From Mobula hypostoma (Eukaryota): a stretch of 64,000 bases of DNA. Shown piece by piece: positions 1-11,833 of this stretch. How positions within the stretch are numbered: the first letter of the stretch is position 1; each line of letters starts with the position of its first letter. The stretch covers positions 46,748,001 through 46,812,000 of the forward strand of contig NC_086107.1 in NCBI RefSeq assembly GCF_963921235.1, in the 5' to 3' direction. Under the pieces are notes generated by a model. It was not told the origin of the DNA, ran no database searches, and was given only the letters and a program-made list of their open reading frames with translations. The translations under genes and the position numbers were made by a program.

Positions 1-1068
1 GGCCTTACCAATGCCTTGTACAATTTTAACATTACATCCCAATACCTATACTCAATGCTCTGATTTATAAAGGCCAGCATACCAAAAGCTTTCTTCACTA
101 CCCTATCCACATGAGATTCCATCTTCAGGAAACTATGCACCATTATTCCTAGATCCCTCTGTTCTACTGCATTCTTCAATGCCCTACCATTTACCATGTC
201 TGTCCTATTTTGATTAGTCCTACCAAATTGTAGCACCTCACACTTATCAGTATTAAACTCCATTTGCCATCTTTCAGCCCAGTCTTCTAACTGGCCTAAA
301 TCTCTCTGCAAGCTTTGAAAGCCTACTTCATTATCCACACCACCACCTATCTTAGTATCATCTGCATATTTACTAATCCAATTTACCACCCCATCAGTCA
401 CCGGCCTTCAACCTGACAAACAGTTATCCACCACTACTCTCTGGCGTCTCCCATCCAGCTACTGTTGAATCCATTTTACTACTTCAATATTAATACCTAA
501 TGATTGAACCTTCTTAACTAACTTTCCCTGTGGAACCTTGTCAAAGGCCTTACTGGTCCATATAGACAACATCCACCGCTTTACCTTCATCAACTTTCCT
601 AGTAACCTCTTCAAAAAATTCAATAAGATTTGTCAAACTTGACCTTCCACGCACAAATCCATGTTGACTATTCCTCATCAGACCCTGACTATCCAGATAA
701 TTATACATACCATCCCCAAGAATACTTTTCATTAATTTACCCACCACTGACGTCAAACTTACAGGCAGATAATTGCTAGGTTTACTCTTAGAACCCTTTT
801 TAAACAATGGAACAACATGAGCAAGATGCCAATCCTCCGGCACCATTTCCGTTTCTAATGACATTTGAAATATTTCTGTCAGAGCCCCTGCTATTTCTAC
901 ACCAACTTCCCTCAAGGTCCTAGGGAATATCCTTTCAGGACCCGGAGACTTATCCACTTTTATACTCCTTAAAAGCGCCAATACTTCCTCTTCTTTAATC
1001 ATCATAGTTTCCATAACTTCCCTACCTGTTTCCCTTACCTTACACAATTCAATATCCTTCTCCTAGTG
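1..1068 (-). mobile_element. CR1-like LINE, RT region (left part; interrupted by hAT at 1069)
   Basis: ORF 550-1047 has CR1 ORF2 motifs KSPGP, NYxPVSLTSVVGK, SQHGF and VDVVYMD; continues after the hAT at 3032. Confidence 0.93.
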
Positions 1069-3031
1069 CAGGGGACCCAACCCTTTTTGCACCGCGGACC
1101 GGTTTAATATTGACAATATTCTTGCGGACCCGCTGACGTGGGGGGAGGCCGTGTTAATCACGACCAGAATATAGGTGATAAGTCAACTATAAGTCACTTA
1201 TCAATGGTTAATACACTCAATTTCATTTCTAAAAGGGTTTACCTAGCGAATTTAATATTAAACACACAGCATATTTTCCATGCATGAATATAGTGATAAG
1301 TCAATTATAAGGGGGTTCCTTATGTCCAGTCTATTCTGCAATTTAGTTTTCATTGCATTCATTGCAGAAAACTCCGCTTCGCAGAGATATGATGTTGGAA
1401 ATGGAAGCAATGTTTTCAGTGCTTTCGTGGCTATCTCAGTATATTCAGCCTTGACTTTGATCCAGAATGCCGGCAGAGATGTTATGTCAAACATACTTTT
1501 CAGCCGACTATCATTTGCAAGCTCGAAGAGTTGATCTTCTTCCGGCGCTGACATGGATGATTCACCGGGGACATTCACAAATGGGTCATAGACCCATTCC
1601 TTTTCACGTCTTGAGTCATTTGCAGTTGGGAAGTAACACTCGAATTCTGTTGACAGCAAAGATAGATGATCGCGCACCAGCTGTGAGAAGGACGGTGCAG
1701 CCTCAGCCTCTCCTAAAATCCCAGCTAATGTTGGGAACATGTCAAATATGCCCCTATCCACTCGCCAACCCCACAGTTCCAGTTTGGCTGTGAAAGCAGG
1801 CACTTTATCTGCCAACTTGAAGACAGTTTGTCATTCTCCCCTGAAGTGACAAATTGAGTTCATTGAGCAGGTTGAAGATGTCACACAGATAAGCGAGTTT
1901 TGCCATCCACTCCTCGTCACTGAAGTGTGCTGCCAGTGGTGACTTTTTTCCTGAAAGAAATCTCTGTAGCTGCTCTCTTAACTCAAAAATCCTGGGCCAG
2001 GGCTCTCCCGCTTGATAGCCACCTGACTTCAGTGTGTAAGAGAAGGCGTTTGTGCTCTGCATCCATTTCCTCGCAAAGCTGCTCAAACAGACGTAGATTC
2101 AGGGCTTTTACTTTGATGTGATTGATAACTTCAACAATGTCACTCAATACGCTGTTAAGATCAGGTGACATTTTTCGGCTAGCCGGCATTTCCCTGTGGG
2201 TGTGACACAGTGTGTAGACTGGCAGTCAGGAGCAACCTCTTTCACTTGGGTAGTGAAACCAGACTCGTTAAGCCATTCCAGCAGCTGTGTTTCGATGTCC
2301 TCCACTATGTCATCGATTCTCCTTGAAACTGTGGTAACTGAAAGAGAAACCTGTGCCATCTTGTTAGCTGCAGCTTCTCCCAACAGTTCACGGCACATGT
2401 CCTTGGCAGCAGGCAGAATCAATTCTTCACCAACAGTGAAAGGCTTCCTAGCCTTAGCAATACGGCTAGCCACTAAGTACGATGCTCTCAGAGCAGCAGC
2501 ATTTGTGGAGGCGGTGGCTCTCAGCACTTGGTTCTGTCCCGCTTGCTCACGTTTTTTCCGCTCAAAAAACTCAACGGGTTTGTTTTTAAGTGCAGAGTGC
2601 TTGGAGTCAAGGTGCTGAAACAGTTTTGAGGGCTTCATTGCCTCATTTGACAGCTTGTCTCTACAGATCACACACAGGGGGCTTGGAGCGTGCAAGTCAC
2701 CGGTCGCAATAAAGCCATATTTTATGTATGACTCGTCATATTTTCTATTGAAGGAAGCTTTCATTTTTTTTGCATTCTCTGCGTTATCACCATCGTTAGG
2801 CCTTTTATGTCCCCTACCATCTCTTCCAAAGAAACTCTCAATCGATGTTTGTTTTTAACTCATCAAGTTAACGACCGACTGATGACCTCGCATGCATTCA
2901 AGTTCAACAGTGGGCGTGACAGGGAATGAGGAAAGGTGCAGCTGACTCATATCGTTGCATATCGCCAAATCATATCGTTTCCTCGGGGCCCAGTAGCACA
3001 TGCTTTGCGGCCCGGTGGTCGGGGACCACTG
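1069..3031 (-). mobile_element. hAT DNA transposon (Buster/Charlie, ZBED5-like), degraded
   Basis: TIRs CAGGGGACCCAACC (1069) and GGTCGGGGACCACTG (3031); near 8-bp TSD tcctagtg/ccttagtg; transposase fragments 2144-2764 (BED finger CVIC..H..H), 1983-2189, 1805-2086 (HTEVRWLS region) and 1258-1815 (hAT dimerisation motif FPTSYLCE). Confidence 0.92.
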
Positions 3032-4225
3032 CCTTAGTGAATGCCGAACAAAAGAAATTGTTCACAATCTCCCCCATCTCTTTTGGTTCCACATATAGCT
3101 GTCCACTCTGATTCTCTAAGGGACCAATTTTATCCCTCACTATCCTTTTGCTATTAATATAACTGTAGAAACCCTTTGGATTTATTTTCACCTTACTTGC
3201 CAAAGCAACCTCATATCTTCTTTTAGCTTTTCTAATTTCTTTCTTAAGATTCTTCTTACATTCTTTATATTCCTCGAGTACCTCATTTACTCCATGCTGC
3301 CTATATTTATTGTAGGTATCTCTCTTTTTCCGAACCAAGTTTCCAATATCCCTTGAAAACCATGGCTCTCTCAAACTTTTAACCTTTCCTTTCAACCTAA
3401 TAGGAACATAAAGCTTCTGTACCCTCAAAATTTCACCTTTAAATGACCTCCATTTCTCTATTACATCTTTACCATAAAACAAATTGTCCTAATCCACTCC
3501 TTCTAAATCCTTTCGCATCTCCTTATAGTTAGCCTTTCTCTGCTCAAAAATCTCAACCTGGGTCCAGACTTATCCTTCTCCATAACTATATTGAAACTAA
3601 TGGCATTGTGGTCACTGGACCCGAAGTGCTCCCCAACATATAATTCCGTCACCTGACCTATCTCATTCCCTAATAGGAGATCCAACACTGCCCATTCTCT
3701 AGTTGGTACCTCTATGTATTGCTGCCAAAAACTATCCTGCACACATTTTACAAACTCCAAACCATCCAGTACTTTTACAGTATGGGCTTCCCAGTCTATG
3801 TGTGGAAAATTAAAATCTCCCACGATGACAACCTTGTGCTTGCTACAGATATCTGCCCTCTCCTTACAAATTTGCTCCTCCAATTCTCGCTCCCCATTAG
3901 GTGGTCTATAATACACCCCTATAAGTGTGACTACCCCTTTCCCATTCCTCAATTCCACCCAAATACCCTCATTAGACGAGCCCTCTAATCTATTCTGCCA
4001 GAGCACCGCTGTAATATTCTCTCTGACAAGCAATGCAACACCTCCCCCTCTTGTTCCTCCGATTCTATCACACCTGAAGCAATGAAATCCAGGAATATTT
4101 AGTTGCCAATCACGTCCCTCCTGCAACCATGTTTCACTAACAGCTACAACATCATACTTCCAGGTATCAATCCATGCTCTAAGCTCATCCACCTTTCTTA
4201 CAATGCTCCTAGCATTAAAATAAAC
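3032..4225 (-). mobile_element. CR1-like LINE, endonuclease/linker region (right part)
   Basis: ORFs 3503-4192 (AVSETW, GVYYRPP, GDFN, SDH) and 2970-3482; sequence joins the 1-1068 piece across the hAT TSD. Confidence 0.93.
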
Positions 4226-4769
4226 AGTTTCTAAATCCTACATACAAAATTGGGAATCAGAAGTTTGAACATGGTGGGACTAATGTTCTGATCTGTGTAT
4301 ATTTCAATGCAAGGAGTATTGTAGAAAAGCGGATGAATTTAAGGCATGGATCAGCACATGGAATTATGACATTGTAGCTATTAGTGAGACTTTGTTGCAG
4401 GAGGGGCAGGACTGGTAGGTCAATGGTCTGGAGTTAAGTTGCTTCAGATGTGATAGAGCAGGAGGGATTAGAGGAGGGAGGGGTGTCGTGGTAGTGCTCA
4501 GACAGGAGATCTTGTTCAGTGAGGCTTTATGAGTAGAACTGAAGATTAAGAAAGGCATGAGCACTTTAATGGGAATGTATTATGAACCACCCAACACTCC
4601 ACAGGATTTAAGAGGAGCAAATTTGGAGAGAGATTGCTGACTTTTACAGGAAACATGAAGTTGTAATACGTAAACACGAGGAATTCTGCAGATGCTAGAA
4701 ATTCAAGCAACACACATCAAAGTTGCTGGTGAACGCAGCAGGCCAGACAGCATCTCTAGGAAGAGGTAC

Positions 4770-4805
4770 AGTCGACGTTTCGGGCCGAGACCCTTCGTCA
4801 GGACT
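4770..4805 (-). ncRNA. Minimal type I hammerhead ribozyme motif (PLE-borne)
   Basis: Minus strand reads agtc-CTGACGA-a-gggtctcggccc-GAAA-C-GTC-gact; intact core, stem I agtc/gact. Confidence 0.75.
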
Positions 4806-5344
4806 AACTGAAAGAAGAGCTAGTAAGAGATTTGAAAGTGGGAGGGGGAGGGGGATATACAAAATGATAGGAGAAGACAGGAGGGGGAGGGATGGAGCCA
4901 AGAGCTGGACAGGTGATTGGCAAAAGGGATATGAGAGGATCATGGGACAGGAGGCCCAGGGAGAAGGAAAAGGTGGAGGGGGGGAGAAACCCAGAGAATG
5001 GGCAAGGGGTATAGTCAGAAGGACAGAGGGAGAAAAAGGAGAGAGAGAGAAAGAATGTGTGTATATAAATAAATAACGGATGGGTTACGAGGGGGAGGTG
5101 GGGCATTAGCGGAAGTTAGAGAAGTCAATGTTCATGCCATCAGGTTGGAGGCTACCGAGACGGAATATAAGGTGTTGTTCCTCCAACTTGAGTGTGGCTT
5201 CATCTTGCAAAGATTGGAGGTTGGAGGAACAACACCTTGTATTCCTTCTGGGTAGCCTCCAACCTGATGGCATGAACATTGACTTCTCTAACTTCCGCTA
5301 ATGCCCCACCTCCCCCTCGTACCCCATCCATTATTTATTTATAC

Positions 5345-6238
5345 TGTGACAAGAATACACATAGATTAAGATGTTAGCTGTCCTGTGCTGGCACCAGTGG
5401 GATCAGCAGTTGATCTGCCACCTTTCTTCAGGAGAGAGAGAGATAAGGAAAACAATGGAGCAGCATTTGGAGATGTTAACGAAGGGATGGGAGAGAGTAA
5501 CGGAAGGAGAGCTGTCAAGATCGGTCCCCCCTTTGAACCCTGAACTGTCTGAAGTGATGGACAGGCGATACCCCAGCAGGGGGATAAAAAGGGACAGGTT
5601 CGCTAAGGCAAGACACACACGACACCCGAGGTAACGAGACCCTGGAAGCGGTGCGTCTCTCACAAGTCGATGGGAAGTTTTGGAAGGCCGGTTGCGGGAC
5701 CAGGCCATAGATGCACAGGGTGGAAAAGCACGATCGGCGGGAACCTGGTGTGTGTCCACCCTTGCCTGGGTACCGGGTTCACCGCAGAGAAACGATCATA
5801 TCTGGAAACGGAGGGGGTCATGGTCGGTGACCTCAGATGACATCACAAAGGACTCGCCCGAAAGCTGACTGCGAAGGTCTGTGTGGAAGCCGTTTTTGAA
5901 TATTCATTCGTTTTGCTCTCTCTCTCTTTCCCCCACACTGTCCATCTCCCACGTCAGAGATTACTGCGAACTGAACTGAACTAAATTGAACTGAACTTTG
6001 CGTCACTTTGAAACTGGTCATTTACCCCTAGACAACGATAGAGCTTGATTGATCCTGTTATCTTAATTCTGTGTACATGTGTGTTTATCATTGCTGAACT
6101 GTTGCATTTATTATCCTTTTGATTAGAGTACTGTGTTGCTTGTTCCTTTAATAAAACTTTCTTAGTTTTAGTAATCCAGACTCCAACTGAGTGATCCATT
6201 TCTGCTGGTTTGGCAACCCAGTTACGGGGTACGTAACA
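5345..6238 (+). mobile_element. Gypsy solo LTR (same family as the LTRs at 52844 and 56879)
   Basis: TG...CA ends (tgtgacaag...tacgtaaca), flanks atac/atat, AATAAA near the 3' end, long sequence match to the LTRs of the 52844-57712 element. Confidence 0.9.
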
Positions 6239-6495
6239 ATATACACACATTCTTTCTCTTTCTCCTTTTTCTCCCTCTGTCCCTCTGACTATACCCCTTG
6301 CCCATCCTCTGGGTTTCCCCCCCTCCCCCTTTTCCTTTTCCCGGGGCCTCCTGTCCCATGATTCTCTCATATCCCTTTTGCCAATCACCCGTCCAGCTCT
6401 TGGCTCCATCCCTCCCCCTCCTGTCTTCTCCTATCATGTTGAATCTCCCTCTCCCCCTTCCACTTTCAAATCTCTTACTAGCTCTTCTTTCAGTT

Positions 6496-6531
6496 AGTCC
6501 TGACGAAGGGTCTCGGCCCGAAACGTCGACT
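6496..6531 (+). ncRNA. Minimal type I hammerhead ribozyme motif (PLE-borne)
   Basis: agtc-CTGACGA-a-gggtctcggccc-GAAA-C-GTC-gact; predicted cleavage after GTC at 6527. Confidence 0.75.
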
Positions 6532-8670
6532 GTACCTCTTCCTAGAAATGCTGCATGAAGTTGTAATAGGTGATTTTACCCTTCCACATATTGACTGGGA
6601 CTCCCATACTGTAAAGGGGCTTGATGGGATAGAATTTGTCAAATGTGTTCAGGAAAATTTCCTTAATTAGTACATAGAAGTCCCAATGAGAGTGTGTGCA
6701 ATATTTGATTTGCTATTAGGAAATGAGACAGGGCAGGTGACAGAAGTTTGTGTACGAGAACACTTTGCATCCAGCGACCACAATGCCATTGCTTTCAAAA
6801 TAAATATGCAAAAAGATAGATCTGGTCCATAGGTTGAGATTCTAATTTGGAGAAAGGTCTATTCTGATGGTATCAGAAAGGATCTGGCAAGTGTGAATTA
6901 GGACAGACTGTTGTCTGACTGCGGTGTACTTGGTAAGTGGGAGGCTTTCAAAAGTGAAACTTTGGAAGTACAGAGTTTTTACGTTCCTGTCAGAATAAAA
7001 GGCAAGGATAACAGGTTTAGTAACCTTCAGTTTTCGAAAGATAATCAGGTGCTGGTTAAGACAAAAATGGAAGAGCATAGCAGGTATGTTATAGACAGGC
7101 AGGAACAAATGAGGTTCTTGAGGAGTAGAAGAAATGCAAGAGAACACTTAAGAAGAAAATCAGGAGGGCTAAAAGAAGGCATGAGGTTTCTCTAGCAGAC
7201 AAGGTGAAGCCTAAGGTCTTCTCAGATATATTAAAACCAAAAGGATAGCAAAGGACCAACATTGCTCCTCTGGAAGATGAAAGTGGTAATCTATAAGTGA
7301 AACCAAAAGAGATGGGGGAGATCTTGAATGGGTATTTTTTTACATTTGTATTTAATTGGAAGATGGACACATAGTCTATAGATGTGAGGCAAAGCAGCAG
7401 CGAGGTCTTGGACCCTATACAGATTACAGAGGAAGACGTATTTGCTATCTTGAGGCAAGTTAGGATGGATAAATCCCCGGGGCCTAACAAGGTATTTCCC
7501 TGGACCCTGTGGGAGGCTAGAGCAGAAATTGTAGGGACCCTAGGAGAGATATTTAAAACATCCTTAGGTACGGATGAGGTTCCAGAGAATTGGAGGACAG
7601 TTAATGTTGTTCCATTGTTTACGAAAGGCTCTCAGGATAAGCCACAAAATCAGTAGTGGGAATGTTATTGGAAGGTGGTCTAAAGGTCCAGATATATAAG
7701 TATTTGGATAGATAGGGATTGATTAGGGATAGTCAACATGGCTTTGTGCATGGTAGGTTGTGTCTAACCAATTTTATAGAGTTTTTCGAGGAACAAGCCA
7801 GTAAAGTTGATTAAGGCAAGGTAGTGGAGGTTGTCCACATGGACTTTAGTGAGGCCTTTGATGAAGTGCTGCATGGGAGGTTGGTCAAGAAGGCTCAGTC
7901 GCTTGGCATTCATGATGAGGTAGTAAATGGTTGCTTCTCTGACTGGAAGCCTATGACTAGTAGTGTGCCACAGGGATTAGTGCTGGGTCTATTGTTGTTT
8001 GTCATCTACATCAATGATCTGTATAATAATGCAGTAAACTGGATCAGCCACTTTGCCGATGACACCATGATTAGGGGGTGTAGTGGACAGCAAGGAAGAC
8101 TATCAAAGCATGTAGCGGGATCTGGACCAGCTGACAAATGGAATTTAATGCAGACAAGTGTGAGGTGTTGCCCTTTGGGATCACCAACCTGGGTAAGTCT
8201 TACCTGATAAGTGGTAGGGTACTAAAGAGTGTGGTAGAACAGAGGAATCTGGGAATACAGATCCATATATCCCAGCAAATGGCATCACATTTAGATAGAG
8301 TTGTAAAGAAAGCTTTTGGAGCATTGGCCTTCATTAATCAATGTATTGAGTATAGGAATTGGGATATTATGTTGAAATTGTATAAGATGTTGGTGAGGTC
8401 TAATTTGGAGTATTGTGTGCAGTTTTGGTCACCTACCTATAGGAAAGATGTAAATAAGATTGAAAGAGTGCAAAGAAAATTTACAAGGATGCTGCCTGCA
8501 CTTGAGGACATGAGTTATAGGAGAAGGTTAAATAGGTTAAGACTTTATTCCCTAGAACGTAGAAAATTGAGGGGAGATTTGATAGAGATACAGAAAATTA
8601 TGAATAGTATTGATAGTGTAAATACAAGCAGGCTTTTTCCAGTGAGGTTAGGTGGGACTAGAACTAGTGG

Positions 8671-10710
8671 GAAAAAAACCATAGAAACTATAGAAAAAAC
8701 TACAGCACAGAAACAGGTCTTTTGGCCCTTCTTGGCTGTGCCGAACCATTATCTGCCTAGTCCCACTGACCTGCACACAGACCATATCCCTCCATACACC
8801 TCCCATCCATGTATCTGTCCAATTTATTCTTAAATGTTAAAAAAGAACCCGCATTTACCACCTCGTCTGGCAGCTCATTCCATACTCCCACCACTCTGTG
8901 TGAAGAAGCCCCCACTAATGTTCCCTTTAAACTTTTCCCCCATCACCCTTAACCCATGTCCTCTGGTTTTTTTCTCCCCTTGTCTCAGTGGAAAAAGCGT
9001 GCTTGCATTCATTCTATCTATACCCATCATAATTTATATACCTCTATCAAATCTCTCTTCATTCTTCTATGCTCCAAGGAATAAAGTCCTAACCTATTCA
9101 ACCTTTCTCTGTAACTGAGTTTCTCAAGTCCCGGCAACATCCTTGTAAACCTTCTCTGCACTCTTTCAACCTTATTTATATCCTTCCTGTAATTTGGTGA
9201 CCAAAACTGAACACAATACTCCAGATTCGGCCTCATCAATGACTTATACAACCTCATCATAACATTCCAGCTCTTATACTCAACACTTTGATTAATAAAG
9301 GCCAATGTACCAAAAGCTCTCTTTACGACCCTATCTATCTGTGACGCCACTTTCAGGGAATTTTGTATCTATATTCCCAGATCCCTCTGTTCTACTGCAC
9401 TCCTCGGTGCCTTACCATTAACGCTGTATGTTCTACCTTGGTTTGTCCTTCCAACGTGTAATACCTCACACTTGTCTGTATTAAATTCCATCTGCCATTT
9501 TACAGCCCATTTTTCCAGCTGGTCCAAGTCCTTCTGCAGGCTCTGAAAATCTTCCTCACTGTCTACTACACCTCCAATCTTTGTATCATCAGCAAATTTG
9601 CTGATCCAATTTACCACATTATCATCCAGATCATTGATATACATGACAAATAACAATGGACCCAGCACTGATCCCTGTGGCACACCACTAGTCACAGGCC
9701 TCCACTCGGAGAAGCAATTCTCTACTACCACTCTTTGGCTTCTTCCATTGAGCCAATGTCTAATCCAATTTACCACCTCTCCATGTACACCTAGCGACTG
9801 AATTTTCCTAACTAACCTCCCATGTGGGACCTTGTCAAAGGCCTTACTGAAGTCCATGTAGACAATATCCACTGCCTTCCCTTCATCCACTTTCCTGTTA
9901 ACCTCCTTGAAAAACTCCAATAGATTGGTCAAACATGACCTACCACGCTCAAAGCCATGTTGACTCTCCCTAATTAGTCCCTGTCTATCCAAATGCTTGT
10001 AGATTCTGTTTCTTAGTACTCCCTCCAATAACTTACCTACTACCGACGTTAAACTTACCGGCCTATAATTTCCCGGATTACTTTTCGATCCTTTTTTAAA
10101 CAACGGAACAAGATGAGACACTCTCCAATCCTCCGGCACCTCACCTGTAGACAGCAACATTTTAAATATTTCTGCCAGGGCCCCCGCAATTTCAACACTA
10201 GTCTCCTTCAAGGTCCGAGGGAACACCCTGTCAGGTCCCGGGGATTTATCCACTTTAATTTTCCTCAAGACAGCAAGCACCTCCTCCTTTTCAATCTGTA
10301 CAGTTTCCATGATCTCACTACTTGTTTCCCTTAATTCCATAGACTTCATGCCAGTTTCCTTGGTAAATACAGACGCAAAAAACCTATTTAAGATCTCCCC
10401 CATTTCCTTTGGTTCCGCACATAGCCGACCACTCTGATCTTCAAGAGGACCAATTTTATCCCTTAGAATCCTTTTGCTCTTAATATACCTGTAAAAGTTC
10501 TTTGGATTATCCTTCACTTTGACTGCCAAGGCAACCTCATGTCTTCTTTTAGCCCTCCTGATTTCTTTCTTAAGTATTTTCTTGCACTTCTTATACTCCT
10601 CAATCACCTTATTTACTCCCTGTTTCCTATACATGTCATACAACTCCCTCTTCTTCTTTATCAGAGTTGCAATATCCCTTGAGAACCAAGGTTCCTTATT
10701 CCTCATTCCT
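8671..10710 (-). mobile_element. 5'-truncated CR1-like LINE (RT and 3' tail)
   Basis: ORF 9369-10706 (445 aa RT with QGSVLGP and KFADDTK), ORF 9027-9350; CR1 microsatellite tail at 8671-8700. Confidence 0.94.
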
Positions 10711-11833
10711 ATTCACAGTTGTAATTGGTTAAGGGTGAAAGGTGAAATTGTTAAGGGGAACACAAGGTGAAACTTCTTCACTGAGAGGGTGGTGAGAATG
10801 TGGAATGAGCTGTCAGCACAAGTGGTGGATGCAGGTTCGATTTCAACATTTAAGAGAAATTTGGATAGGTATCTGGATGGGAGAGGAATGGAGAGTTATG
10901 GTCCAGGTGCAGGTCGATGGGACTAAGCAGATCAATGGATCAGCATGGTCTAGATGAGCTGAAGGGCCTGGTTCTATGCTGTAGTGTTCTGTGGCTCTGT
11001 GATTCTAAGTGGCTGCTCCGATTACCCGATAACTCAATAAACCAAGTCCACTTTTACATCCATGTTAAAAGCTGAGCATGTGACTGAATCAGCGTCATAT
11101 TTCACTTAATTTTTCAACATTTCAAATTTTGAAACCTCCAACTTACAAATTAGATGGGACATTATTGTAGCTTTGAGAACAGAGTACGCCTTAGCAATTT
11201 TAGGACTTTTAAAAAAAAAATTATGGGACCATTTTTAAACCTATCTGATTTACTAATGGGCTTGGAGGTGGAAGAGTGCTATTTTGGCAAACCTGGCTTA
11301 TACACACTCCAGAACCAAAGCAATATGTTAACTCTTAGCTGCCTTTTGTAAATCCTCATCTATAGGATTACTGGGTATAATAGGATCAAATATTCCGTTT
11401 GAGGATTGGAGTTTGTTCAATTACCCACATTTACTCCTCTCAGTAAATGTATGATGTCATTGGAAACAAGGGTCCAGATGTCATATTTAGAATCACTAAC
11501 AAGAGTTGCTCAAGGCATCTCAATACTACATTGTAAAAGTTATGTTTCTTAACACTTGTTATTGGCTATTCATCAGAAACACAACCAACCTAGTTTCCCA
11601 TGTGAACTGTTAACATCTTTTCCGACTGCTCAGTAATTCATGCTTTTATTTGCCCATCCTGAAAGTGTATAATTTTTTATTAAACTCTAGAAAATATCTT
11701 TACCTAATAAATTCTGTTGTTTCCACTTTCTACTCCTATATTCCTTCCTAATTAAGGATTTCTGTAGGCCTGCTGACATTTATTTAGCCTTTAAATGGTG
11801 CCGTTTTGAATGTTTACTTGAATATACGTGATA

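Larger units (their letters stand above)
4669..6553. mobile_element. Penelope-like element, inverted (back-to-back) pair of 3' segments
   Basis: Both arms encode the GIY-YIG C-terminus LEEQHL.F.LGSLQPDGMNIDFSNFR* (minus arm 4669-~5206, plus arm ~5219-6553); the whole is flanked by a 15-bp TSD catgaagttgtaata (4654-4668, 6554-6568). Confidence 0.88.
4330..11005 (+). mobile_element. Degraded CR1-like LINE ORF2 plus 3' end, split by a Penelope insertion (4669-6553) and an antisense CR1 (8671-10710)
   Basis: EN remnants 4330-4668 and 6554-7000; RT fragments in ORFs 7384, 7824 (FADD) and 8138; 3' end resumes at ~10712 (NFFTERVV, CR1 3'UTR). Confidence 0.85.

Noticed and set aside
4723-6558. ORFs at 4723, 4804, 5371, 5403, 5981, 6222 and 6298 as host genes
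   Set aside because: They are translations of Penelope 3'UTR and LTR sequence, duplicated in the inverted arms.
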